Part shown: positions 39,738 to 48,956 of the stretch, piece by piece
How positions within the stretch are numbered: the first letter of the stretch is position 1
Layout of the letters: every line of letters starts with the position of its first letter
NCBI RefSeq assembly: GCF_030506305.1
Contig: NZ_CP119421.1
Span: 176,354-240,353 of the forward strand
Source of the DNA: Porifericola rhodea
Lineage (GTDB): Bacteria > Bacteroidota > Bacteroidia > Cytophagales > Cyclobacteriaceae
DNA length: 64,000 nt
Reading direction: 5' to 3'
The notes under the pieces: model-generated
What the model saw: only the letters and a program-made list of their open reading frames with translations
Told to the model about the DNA's origin: nothing
The model's database searches: none
Position numbers and translations under genes: made by a program

Positions 39738-40799
39738 TTAGATATAAAAATCCCTAAACAAGTTTAAAAAAAAAGCAGCTGCCTGCTCCCACTGGTAGGG
39801 CTGGGAAGAGGTACGTGCCACTTTTGCTGATTGCCAATATTCACGCATCAGCCTGTCATTCCTACATAATTCTATGAAATTTCCCGCTAATTTGAAAATA
39901 TTTGGGCTTATCAGACCTTTTCCTTTCAGTAAATGCCTTTCCGTGAAGCCCCCTTTGCACAACAAAAGCGGCAGACCACAGCTTTTTGCCTCTTGAATAG
40001 CCATACCAAAAGTCTCCATTTGTGCAGCAGACACAAACAGATGATGCAGACTATATTGCTGTAATACTTCATGGTGCTCCATCTCTCCGCTAAAGTGCAC
40101 CTTACTTTTTAAACTACTGCTTTGTACCAGCTTTTGGCAAGATTGGTAATAAGCCGGTTCCATATCGGTACGACCGATAATATTGATCATAAAATCATCT
40201 TCTGCCTTACTTAAATAGGCTAGCTGCTCAAGGAAGCTGAGTATACCTTTACGCTCAACTACATTGGCTACCATTATAGCTTTCAGGGGTTTACTCAAAC
40301 TTGAAGAAGGTACATCCACCACGCTATAGGCAGGCTCTACTACCATCATATGGCCTTCCATCTTCTTTTCCAGAAGGTAAGCTTTTGAAAACTCGCTGGT
40401 CAGGAGGAATACATCAAAAAAACGCAGTACCGGAGCCTCAGCTTGCAAAAAGTATTGCTCTGCATCTATCCCCTTTGGTGGAAACAGGCTTTGCAGATGA
40501 TGCATAATAAAAAACGAAAAAGCCTTTTTAGGGCTGTATTTCAACAGCTTATGCATCTCTTCTACAAAAAGGCTATCTACACCATAGATGCCCGCCTTAT
40601 CTGCCTGAATTACCTTATGGTACTCAGGAAAACTCATAATTTCTACGGACTGACCTAACTGAAGTAGCGCCTGTATCAGCTTTTCATTATACAGATTACC
40701 CCCTGAGGGCAAATGCCTGTCGTCTGGCAGTACAAAATTAATGGTTTGCGGAAGTACCTGAACCTGGCCACTCATGGCATTAGGCCACTTTGCCTTCAT
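39738..40799 (-). CDS. Glycosyltransferase family 1 (GT4-like)
   Basis: C-terminal GT1 motif region 'LFVSAAQMETFGMAIQEAKSCGLPLLLCKGG'. Confidence 0.7.
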   Translation of the reverse strand: MKAKWPNAMSGQVQVLPQTINFVLPDDRHLPSGGNLYNEKLIQALLQLGQSVEIMSFPEYHKVIQADKAGIYGVDSLFVEEMHKLLKYSPKKAFSFFIMHHLQSLFPPKGIDAEQYFLQAEAPVLRFFDVFLLTSEFSKAYLLEKKMEGHMMVVEPAYSVVDVPSSSLSKPLKAIMVANVVERKGILSFLEQLAYLSKAEDDFMINIIGRTDMEPAYYQSCQKLVQSSSLKSKVHFSGEMEHHEVLQQYSLHHLFVSAAQMETFGMAIQEAKSCGLPLLLCKGGFTERHLLKGKGLISPNIFKLAGNFIELCRNDRLMREYWQSAKVARTSSQPYQWEQAAAFFLNLFRDFYI

Positions 40800-41160
40800 A
40801 AGACGCCCAGGCTACATGCGACTCACCCAGCGTAATTTTGAGGCTTCCTGTAAAGCTGTCTTTTATCTCATCGCTTATCTGCTGATGGATGTAGTGGGCC
40901 AGAAATTCTGTAGTGGTAAGTTTACCTTTGAACTGCGCTAACTCATCCAAATTCTGGTACTTGAGAGGAGCCAAGGCCTGTTGTAGTTTTTTGGTAGCAA
41001 TATCAATATCTATGACAATATTATTTTCATCCAGTTGCTCAGATTTAAACTCAGCATCCACAACATATGTAGCACCATGCATATGCTGCGCAGGGCCAAA
41101 AGCTTTGGCAGGTAGTGAATGCGCGATCATCATATGATCGCGAATGGTGACTGTGTACAT
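40780..41160 (-). CDS. 6-pyruvoyl-tetrahydropterin synthase / QueD-like family enzyme
   Basis: 126 aa with 'TIRDHMMIAHSL' and 'HMHGATYVV' (an HGH-N-Y-like zinc motif). It overlaps the upstream and downstream genes, suggesting translational coupling. Confidence 0.6.
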   Translation of the reverse strand: MYTVTIRDHMMIAHSLPAKAFGPAQHMHGATYVVDAEFKSEQLDENNIVIDIDIATKKLQQALAPLKYQNLDELAQFKGKLTTTEFLAHYIHQQISDEIKDSFTGSLKITLGESHVAWASYEGKVA

Positions 41161-41175
41161 AATAAACGGTTTAGC

Positions 41176-42132
41176 TTAGGTATAATCAATCGCCCAGCTC
41201 AACTGGCTGAGGTTTCCATTCCTTATTTTATCAAAAAGTGAGGGTACTTCCTTAAAATCAATTGTCTGCCCTATATGTTGGTCAAATGCGGCATCTTTCA
41301 ACAGCTCCATTATAGTAGATTTTCGCCTTTGGTAGTTCCAGCGAGCACTCTTGTTGGCAGGAATCTGTGATACCTGCGAACTTAGAATTTGCTTGCGCTG
41401 ATAATGAAAGCTCCCTCCTAAAGAAATGTTAACAGCTTGCTCTCCATACCAGCTTAGCTCTACCACTTTGCCTTCCATACCTGTATGCTCTATGCAATGT
41501 TGTAGTCCGGCACTGCTGCCGCTACAATGAAAAGCTATATCGTATTCTTTAAAACGGTCTACCAGAGAAAAGCCCATAGCTTCTGCTACGCCACAACGCA
41601 CTTCATCAGTATCAAATACTGAAACTTTTACACCCGCTATTGCCTGAAGCAGACGAGCAGTAAGTGAGCCAATTATGCCAAAGCCTATCAGAAGCACTTC
41701 ATCTCCAATACTTACTCCTGAGTCCCAGACCGCATTGAGAGCAGTTTCCAGATTGGAAGCTAAAACGGCACGCAAAGGAGGTATATCTGAGGGAATAAGC
41801 GTTAAGTCACTGGCATGTACCAGGCAAACATTTTGATGAGGATGAAGCAGATGAACCATCTCTCCTACCCATTCGTCAGGCCCTTCTATAACTTCGCCTA
41901 CCAGGGAGTAACCATATTTGATAGGCAATTCAAAATTACCCTCCATATAGGGTACTGCCATTTGCTGCTGTAGGCTTGCAGGCACTTTACCAGAAGCAAC
42001 CAGGCGTTCGGTTCCCGTACTGATCAGGCTGTAATGAGCTTTAATCATACAGTCAGCGCCGGCAGGACTTAAGACCGGGGCAATTTCGGTTTTTCGCGCT
42101 GAGCTATGCCATACCGCTTCAGCTTCGTTCAT
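41176..42132 (-). CDS. Zinc-dependent medium-chain dehydrogenase/reductase (MDR, threonine/sorbitol dehydrogenase-like)
   Basis: Cofactor-binding 'VLLIGFGIIGSLTARLLQAIAG' and the N-terminal 'SLISTGTERLV' catalytic region. Confidence 0.65.
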   Translation of the reverse strand: MNEAEAVWHSSARKTEIAPVLSPAGADCMIKAHYSLISTGTERLVASGKVPASLQQQMAVPYMEGNFELPIKYGYSLVGEVIEGPDEWVGEMVHLLHPHQNVCLVHASDLTLIPSDIPPLRAVLASNLETALNAVWDSGVSIGDEVLLIGFGIIGSLTARLLQAIAGVKVSVFDTDEVRCGVAEAMGFSLVDRFKEYDIAFHCSGSSAGLQHCIEHTGMEGKVVELSWYGEQAVNISLGGSFHYQRKQILSSQVSQIPANKSARWNYQRRKSTIMELLKDAAFDQHIGQTIDFKEVPSLFDKIRNGNLSQLSWAIDYT

Positions 42133-43090
42133 AGCTTTGAGTATTCATGGTACCTACAAACATATAAGTATTACCCATGGGATAAAAAGTAAAATGGTCA
42201 AAGTGAACTGCCTGATCTACCTGCCCGATTTCCGGTAGCTTAAAGCTGCTGATGCCTGAGCCAAAAATCATAGGTGAGATGTGTAACTGCACAATATCAG
42301 TGGCTTGCTCTTCGATAAAGGCGGATGTAGTAGTGGCCCCACCTTCTATGTATACCGAATGTATACCTCTCTGATACAAAAATTTCATCAACTCCTGGCA
42401 GTCTATTCGGTCGTTGGCATTTGCCTGAAAAGCTACATATTCTGTTTGAGGAATTTGTGGGTCTTTACAAGTACCCACAATCAGCACATGATCTTTGCAG
42501 TGCTTCTTCAGGCTGCTGTAATCCGCATCGCTGGAGCATATTACAATTCGCTGTGGATTTCTACCTTCTACCAAGCGTACTGTAAGGGCCGGATGATCAT
42601 AATTGAGTGTATTAGCACCAATCAGTATGCTATCGCATAGTGCACGCATACGGTGAGCATGTATCAGGTTCTCCTGATTGCCTATCCATTTAGAGTCGCC
42701 ACTTTGAGTAGCAATTTTTCCGTCTAGCGATTGGGCAAAGTGGGTTACACCTACTGCCCTACCCATTTGCCGGGCATGCAGGCTCAGGAAACAGTAGGGC
42801 AAGTATGCTTTAAGAAAACTGAGCTTATCTTCTGTCAGGTTTATATTTTGCACTACCTCCAGCTGATAAGTATTGAGCTTAAAAATATTGGCCTGCTTAT
42901 GCTCTGTAATGTGCTCGGGATTGAGCACTACCATAAGCAGTAGGCTATCTTTTGAGGGTACAGGTAAGTGATTAATTCTGACTTCGGGTGATGCTCCTAA
43001 CTGCAAAAAGCAATAATCTACTTTGTCTTCAGATTTTTTAATATTATCTGCAAGAAGTAATAATCCTGACCAGTAGTCTTCTATCTCCAT
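42119..43090 (-). CDS. RibD C-terminal-domain-type reductase (diaminohydroxyphosphoribosylaminopyrimidine reductase-like) with an N-terminal extension of about 100 aa
   Basis: 'SLDGKIATQSGDSKWIGNQENLIHAHRMRALCDSILIGANTL...YIEGGATTTSAFIEE' matches the RibD_C/DHFR-like fold. No deaminase domain is present. Confidence 0.7.
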   Translation of the reverse strand: MEIEDYWSGLLLLADNIKKSEDKVDYCFLQLGASPEVRINHLPVPSKDSLLLMVVLNPEHITEHKQANIFKLNTYQLEVVQNINLTEDKLSFLKAYLPYCFLSLHARQMGRAVGVTHFAQSLDGKIATQSGDSKWIGNQENLIHAHRMRALCDSILIGANTLNYDHPALTVRLVEGRNPQRIVICSSDADYSSLKKHCKDHVLIVGTCKDPQIPQTEYVAFQANANDRIDCQELMKFLYQRGIHSVYIEGGATTTSAFIEEQATDIVQLHISPMIFGSGISSFKLPEIGQVDQAVHFDHFTFYPMGNTYMFVGTMNTQSYERS

Positions 43091-43127
43091 ATATCTACAA
43101 TAAGCCCTTTTATGTAAATGTTTAGCC

Positions 43128-43730
43128 TTATTTACTGATATCTAAGAGGTGGCCCATCAGGTTTTGTTTGGTTTGCAGATAATCTAAATTTTCTTCGTGA
43201 GGCTTTATCTCTATCGGTACTCTGCCCAGTACTTCTACACCTGACTCTTTTAAGCTTTCCAGCTTATCCGGATTGTTAGTCATTAGCAGTACAGAGCTTA
43301 CTTCAAGGTCTCTGAGTATATCAATTGCAATGCTGTAGTCTCTTTCGTCTATTTCAAAACCCAGGTGCACATTGGCTTCGGCGGTATTCAGCCCTTTGTC
43401 CTGTAGGTTATACGCTTTCATCTTGTTAATCAGGCCTATACCTCTTCCTTCCTGTCGCAGGTAAATTACTACTCCGCCATCTTTTCCGGTCATTTTCATA
43501 GATTGATCCAGTTGCTCGCCACAGTCGCAACGCAGAGAGCCAAACACATCGCCGGTCATACACTCAGAATGTATACGTACCAATACCGGTTTGCTAAAAT
43601 CTGTCTTATCGCTCACCATAGCCAGGTGGGGCATGGGGTTATCCGCCTCTCCGGAATATCCGATCATTTTAAAAGAACCAAAGCGAGTAGGTAATTTCGT
43701 TTCTGCTTGTCTTACTAATTTATGTGTCAT
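43128..43730 (-). CDS. ribA: GTP cyclohydrolase II, a stand-alone RibA-type enzyme
   Basis: 'LVRIHSECMTGDVFGSLRCDCGEQL' (the zinc-binding Cys triad), 'GRGIGLINKMKAYNLQDKGLNTAEAN', 200 aa. Confidence 0.85.
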   Translation of the reverse strand: MTHKLVRQAETKLPTRFGSFKMIGYSGEADNPMPHLAMVSDKTDFSKPVLVRIHSECMTGDVFGSLRCDCGEQLDQSMKMTGKDGGVVIYLRQEGRGIGLINKMKAYNLQDKGLNTAEANVHLGFEIDERDYSIAIDILRDLEVSSVLLMTNNPDKLESLKESGVEVLGRVPIEIKPHEENLDYLQTKQNLMGHLLDISK

Positions 43731-43835
43731 ATGAGTTTTCAGCTCTTCAGTACAGATACTTCTACGGAGGAAGTATGAGCGGTGTTAGGTTTACAAATAT
43801 AGAACAGAAAGTTCACCAAGTTACATTATTTCCGA

Positions 43836-45191
43836 TTAGCGAGAAACTTCCACCTCTACCATCTTTACTTCGCTTACCTTACTAATCAGCAAATAGGAGA
43901 TTACAGCAGCTAACAGATGCGATAACGGGTAGGCGGCAAGTATACCATCATAGCTGTCTAAAAGGACTGCACCGTAGGCAAATGGAAGGTAAAATAAAAA
44001 CAGGTGGCACAAGCCTAATGCTGTAGCCCACCAGGGTCGGAGGTATACATTAAGCACAGTCAGGCTAATCATTACAAAACCATTTACAGCATAGCCCCAG
44101 GGCACGATGCTTAAATAGTTGTTCAACGCTTTAAAGGTGGCAGCATCGGTAGCAAATATGGCACTGATATCTTCTCGGAAAAAACTGATAACGAAAGCTG
44201 CGACTACCCCTAATGCAAAAGCATATGAAATACCATATTGTAGCCCCTTCTGAGCACGCTCATGTTTCAGAGCACCCAGGTTTTGCCCAATAAATGGAGC
44301 CATTACAGAAGTAAGAGAAGTAAAAGAAAGTATGACCAGCATATCTATACGAGACCCTGCCCCGTAGGCAGAAACAGCCGCATTACCAAAATGGCTCAGC
44401 AGTTTGACAAAGAGGGTATTGCCCAGAGGTACCATCACATTGGTAAGAGCTATAGGAAAAGCCATAACTACAATAGGACGCCATCGGAAGGCGTTTACCG
44501 ACGCCCAACTGATAGAAGTGTTTTGCTTAAGCTCTTTCCATAGGTATGGTACGGGTATCCACATACTTACAAAGATGGCTAAAGTAGTAGCCCATGCTGC
44601 TCCGGCAATGCCTAGTTTGGGAAAGCCAGCATAACCGAAAATAAGCAAAGGATCTAGCACCGCGTTTATAGCTACAAGTACCAACATGGTATAAGTTAGC
44701 AGTTTATGGTTGCCCAGTGCTCGTGCCAGACTCGTTACCGCCACCAGCAGGCAGAGAAAGAACAATCCGGGTACTAGTATGTCAAAATAGGCCATCAGCT
44801 CGCTGAGCACATCTTTTCTGGCGCCCAACTGCACAAAAAGGGCTCTGCTTCCCAATGATAACACTCCCCACATTAATAAGCCAAACCCTAAAGCAAAGCT
44901 AAAACAGCTAACGATAAGCGAATGCAGTTTTTTTATTTTGTTTCTCCCTGCTGCATTGGCTACCACCACTACCATTCCTGCCCCTATCCCTAGCAGCATG
45001 CTCACCAGCAGCGTCATTACCGGAGTAGCATAACTGATAGCGGTAAGGGCATGGCTACCCAACTGGCTGATAAAGTACACATCTATCAACATAAAAGAAG
45101 CCATCATCAGTACTCCCAGCAGCAGCACACCCGATTGTTTCAGTATATATTTGGCAATATTTCCATGCAAAACCTGTGACATAGGCTGCAA
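43836..45191 (-). CDS. MATE-family efflux transporter
   Basis: 451 aa, 12 TM segments, the MatE repeat pattern. Same strand and upstream of the ribA-like operon. Confidence 0.8.
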   Translation of the reverse strand: MQPMSQVLHGNIAKYILKQSGVLLLGVLMMASFMLIDVYFISQLGSHALTAISYATPVMTLLVSMLLGIGAGMVVVVANAAGRNKIKKLHSLIVSCFSFALGFGLLMWGVLSLGSRALFVQLGARKDVLSELMAYFDILVPGLFFLCLLVAVTSLARALGNHKLLTYTMLVLVAINAVLDPLLIFGYAGFPKLGIAGAAWATTLAIFVSMWIPVPYLWKELKQNTSISWASVNAFRWRPIVVMAFPIALTNVMVPLGNTLFVKLLSHFGNAAVSAYGAGSRIDMLVILSFTSLTSVMAPFIGQNLGALKHERAQKGLQYGISYAFALGVVAAFVISFFREDISAIFATDAATFKALNNYLSIVPWGYAVNGFVMISLTVLNVYLRPWWATALGLCHLFLFYLPFAYGAVLLDSYDGILAAYPLSHLLAAVISYLLISKVSEVKMVEVEVSR

Positions 45192-45277
45192 TTAAGCAAT
45201 AAACTCACGAACGGACTAAATGATTAATATGATTTTCTTAATTTACCCCCCTCTTTAACTATAAAATTACAATTCAA

Positions 45278-46204
45278 ATGCACAATCAGGTCGTTGTCAT
45301 AGGGAGCTCCAACATAGATTTGATTGCCCGGCTTAGTCACCTTCCCAAGCCCGGCGAAACTGTAGGTAATGCCGAATCCAGTCAGGCTCACGGAGGCAAG
45401 GGAGCCAATCAGGCAGTAGCTGCCGCACGTGCCGGGGCTGCTGTCAGTTTTATCACTTCTCTGGGAGACGATGCCTTCGCTGATAGTATGCTCCAGGACT
45501 TTAAGAGAAGCGGTATCAATACAGACTATGTTGTACAGCATAAGAATACGCCTACCGGTACAGCCTATATTTGGGTAGATGCTCAGGGAGAAAATAGTAT
45601 AGCGGTAGCTCCGGGCGCCAATTATAAGTTAAGCCCAGACTATATAGATGAATGTAGAATACTTATCTCTGGGGCAGAGCTAATTTTGCTTCAGCTGGAA
45701 ATACCCTTTGAAACGGTAGAATATGTAATAGACCTGGCTGCCAGCCTGGGAAAAAAGGTTATGCTTAATCCTGCGCCTGCTCAAAAACTGGAACGCAAAC
45801 ATCTGAAAGCACTCTATAACCTTACTGTTAACGAAACAGAAGCCGCCATGATCAGTGGGCTGCCCGTTGACAGTCCGGAACAGGTAATGGAAGCAGGTAA
45901 AAAGTTACTAAGCATGGGCCCGGAAATGGTAGTGATTACCCTAGGCTCTAGAGGTGTTTTTTATCTGACTAAAAGAGAGCAAAAGATGGTAGAAGCTTAT
46001 CCGGTAAAACCGGTAGATACCACTGCTGCCGGGGATGTATTTTGTGGAGTGCTGGCTTCGCAGATTGTACAAAACAAAAAAATGATGGAGGCTATCAAAT
46101 ACGCGAATGCAGCTGCTGCTCTATCTACTACCCGATTAGGAGCTCAGCCTTCTGCGCCCAATCAGCAGGAGATTAAGGCTTTTCTGGACCAGCATGAATT
46201 TTAA
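45278..46204 (+). CDS. rbsK: Ribokinase (PfkB family)
   Basis: 'VVVIGSSNIDL', 'GGKGANQAVAAAR' and the C-terminal 'DTTAAGDVFCG' anion hole. Confidence 0.85.
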   Translation: MHNQVVVIGSSNIDLIARLSHLPKPGETVGNAESSQAHGGKGANQAVAAARAGAAVSFITSLGDDAFADSMLQDFKRSGINTDYVVQHKNTPTGTAYIWVDAQGENSIAVAPGANYKLSPDYIDECRILISGAELILLQLEIPFETVEYVIDLAASLGKKVMLNPAPAQKLERKHLKALYNLTVNETEAAMISGLPVDSPEQVMEAGKKLLSMGPEMVVITLGSRGVFYLTKREQKMVEAYPVKPVDTTAAGDVFCGVLASQIVQNKKMMEAIKYANAAAALSTTRLGAQPSAPNQQEIKAFLDQHEF

Positions 46205-46212
46205 CAAAAAAT

Positions 46213-46250
46213 GCATATCAGAAATTAGTAAAATCTAGCTTCTGATATGC
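46213..46250. terminator. Bidirectional hairpin terminator with a perfect 11-bp stem, GCATATCAGAA then a 16-nt loop then TTCTGATATGC
   Basis: It lies between the convergent rbsK and DUF2892 genes. Confidence 0.6.
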
Positions 46251-46265
46251 AATACCTTTATAGTA

Positions 46266-46742
46266 TTATGCTTTAAATGCTCTTAGCGCACCAGACAGTC
46301 GGTCTTTAGGTTCGGCATCCTTAGCTTCGCAGAGCGTGTCGTAGTCGCCGCGAATAGCTTTTAGTATATTTTTCTCCCGGTTGATTTCATCTTTGGTACG
46401 AATACCCTTTTTCCGGAAGAATATTAGTGGAGGGCACCAGCCCTGCAAACCATGTTGTAGTAGAAACGCAGCTACAAGGGCAGGTAAAATAATAAACCTA
46501 CGGTTCACTAATACACTCAAAGCTATACCTAACAGACTTAGGGTAGATGCATTCGTTTCTAGCGTTCTTTCTATATCCCATTCTTTATTCAGCATTCGCA
46601 GCCTGCGGTCTATAAACTCAGGGTGTTTGGCATAAAACTTTATCGTGTCATTTGTATCTCTTAGTATCCGGAGATTGTCTTCTTCTTTAGTGTTGTCAGC
46701 TACTCTGTCAGTTAATGTTTCCGTATCTTCCATAATGATCAC
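46266..46742 (-). CDS. DUF2892 (YgaP-like) membrane protein
   Basis: 2 TM segments and the conserved 'GWCP' motif. Confidence 0.55.
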   Translation of the reverse strand: MIIMEDTETLTDRVADNTKEEDNLRILRDTNDTIKFYAKHPEFIDRRLRMLNKEWDIERTLETNASTLSLLGIALSVLVNRRFIILPALVAAFLLQHGLQGWCPPLIFFRKKGIRTKDEINREKNILKAIRGDYDTLCEAKDAEPKDRLSGALRAFKA

Positions 46743-46999
46743 TATTTAGGCAAAAAATTATATTTAGGTTCAAAAAGTATACATTTAACGTTAGTGCATG
46801 AATAATTAGTATTCATGCTTTATTGCATATACCCAAACATCGCTATTTTGTTCAGCATTGCTTACGCTTAATTTGATTTTTATCAGGTTGTCAGGTATGC
46901 AGATGGCAAATAATGACTTCAGGCACTGCCTGTTTATTTATTAAACTCGCAAATATATATTTATTTTAAGATATACGCCTCTCAATCCAATACACTAAA

Positions 47000-47926
47000 A
47001 TGATAATACATCAACTACAAATCTACCAACAAACCATGCCTGCCATGTTCAAGACAATTTTCTTCTCCATACTCTTTGTATTATGCTGCCATTTTAGTTT
47101 CGCACAGACCGATTCTGGCATATTACGTATAGTAGTTATTGGCGGCCATCCCGATGATGCTGACATAAAAGCGGGAGGCAGCGCTATACTTTGGGCCAAG
47201 ATGGGGCATGAAGTTAAATTTGTATCGGTAACCAATGGAGATGCCGGACATCAGACAGAAGGAGGAGGCGCATTGGCACGCCGTCGTATGGAAGAAGCGC
47301 GTGAGTCTGCCAAGCGCATGGGCATTGCAGCCTATGTTGTGCTGGACAACCATGACGCGGAACTGGTTCCCAGCCTGGATGTTCGCAAACAGATTATTCG
47401 TGAAATAAGAAAGTGGGATGCTGACCTGGTGATCACTCACCGTACAAACGACTATCATCCTGACCACAGATATACCGGCGTACTGGTGCAGGATGCTGCC
47501 TTCCTGGTAGCGGTGCCCAATGTAACGCCCGATACTCCTCCACTAGAGAAAAACCCTGTCTTTATGTACCTGAAAGATAACTTTTTGAAGCCCTACCCCT
47601 TTCAGCCTGATATAGTAGTAGCAATAGATGATGTGTTTGAACAGAAAATTAATGCTTTAGATGCGCACGAATCTCAGTTTTATGAGTGGCTACCGTGGAT
47701 CTATGGCAAGCAAGAAGTACCAGAAAGCCCCGAAGATCGTAAAGCCATGCTTCGCCAGAGCCGCACTACCGAAATTACACCTTCTATGCGCGCCTCTCTG
47801 GTTCGCTGGTACGGAAAAGAGAAGGCTGCACAGGTAAAGCATGCTGAAGCTTTTGAGATTTGTGAGTACGGTACTCAACCCACCGAGGCCATGATCAAAA
47901 AGCTCTTTCCTATGCTGGGCAAGTAG
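47000..47926 (+). CDS. PIG-L/LmbE family N-acetylglucosaminyl deacetylase, secreted
   Basis: 'VVIGGHPDDADIKAGGSAI', 'VSVTNGDAGH' and 'HRTNDYHPDHR', with a signal peptide. The likely start is MPAMFK at 47036. Confidence 0.75.
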   Translation: MIIHQLQIYQQTMPAMFKTIFFSILFVLCCHFSFAQTDSGILRIVVIGGHPDDADIKAGGSAILWAKMGHEVKFVSVTNGDAGHQTEGGGALARRRMEEARESAKRMGIAAYVVLDNHDAELVPSLDVRKQIIREIRKWDADLVITHRTNDYHPDHRYTGVLVQDAAFLVAVPNVTPDTPPLEKNPVFMYLKDNFLKPYPFQPDIVVAIDDVFEQKINALDAHESQFYEWLPWIYGKQEVPESPEDRKAMLRQSRTTEITPSMRASLVRWYGKEKAAQVKHAEAFEICEYGTQPTEAMIKKLFPMLGK

Positions 47927-48326
47927 ATACCCTTGCCAGACGAACAAGCGAAATGTTTAAACTCAGCATTTGAAAGATAAAGCAAGAGATGGTTGCTTCG
48001 CAAAGCTTCGATGCTCTAATATTTTTCATCAAAGTTTACCATTGCTATTTTAAGACGAGCTCATACAAGCTTCATTACAATGAGCAGTAAACTTTGGACT
48101 TTACCACAGGCATGTACGGATGAAACAAATCCGTCGGTGTATAACAAAGTGCCATTGTAGCTTACCACCATGTATTTACGGTTCTCTCATGCTTTGGGTA
48201 GAACAATTATGCTACCACTGTCTATGAAGAACCTACAGTTTCTATAAAAGCTTTATCTTTGTGTGAAATTATCACAGCACACTGGGGGTTGGTGAGGCTG
48301 GAATCTAACCATAAAGAGAAGCAAAT

Positions 48327-48911
48327 ATGAGTATAGAACAAGAATTAATAGATCGTAGCGAAGCAAAATGTGAACTCTGTAGTGCTACCGAAGACCTGCG
48401 GGTATTTACCGTTCCGCCTTATACCTCCGAAGAAGCTACTGCCGACCAAAGTATACTATTATGCTCTACCTGCCGGAAGCAGGTGAGTAATCCAGATAAA
48501 GTAGATGCTAACCACTGGCGCTGCCTCAATGAGAGTATGTGGAGCCTAGTACCTTCTGTACAGGTAATGTCATGGCGCATGTTAAACAGGTTACGAACCG
48601 AAGGCTGGCCTCTGGACCTACTGAATATGCTAATGCTGGATGACGATACCCTGGCATGGGCAAAATCTACCGAAGTAAAAGATGTGAAGGAGGAAGAGCC
48701 CAGGCATGTAGACAGCCATGGAGCAGTTCTGGAAAGTGGAGACTCCGTAGTTTTAACTAAAGATTTAAACGTAAAAGGAGCAAGCTTCACCGCTAAAAGA
48801 GGTACAGCAGTTCGCAATATCAATCTGGTTCAGAATAACCCAGAGCAGATAGAGGGGCGTGTAAACGGTCAGCAGATTGTAATCCTGACAAAATTTGTCA
48901 AGAAAGCCTGA
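48327..48911 (+). CDS. phnA: PhnA family protein (zinc-ribbon plus PhnA C-terminal domain)
   Basis: N-terminal CxxC...CxxC, and the C-terminal 'GDSVVLTKDLNVKGASFTAKRGTAVRNI...GQQIVILTKFVKK'. Confidence 0.8.
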   Translation: MSIEQELIDRSEAKCELCSATEDLRVFTVPPYTSEEATADQSILLCSTCRKQVSNPDKVDANHWRCLNESMWSLVPSVQVMSWRMLNRLRTEGWPLDLLNMLMLDDDTLAWAKSTEVKDVKEEEPRHVDSHGAVLESGDSVVLTKDLNVKGASFTAKRGTAVRNINLVQNNPEQIEGRVNGQQIVILTKFVKKA

Positions 48912-48956
48912 TACGGAAGGAGATATCAGCTCTTTATCTACTAAGCTTACCAGACT

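Noticed and set aside
45224-45541. 105-aa minus-strand ORF overlapping the rbsK start
   Set aside because: It overlaps the conserved ribokinase N-terminus in antisense and has no motif, so it is spurious.
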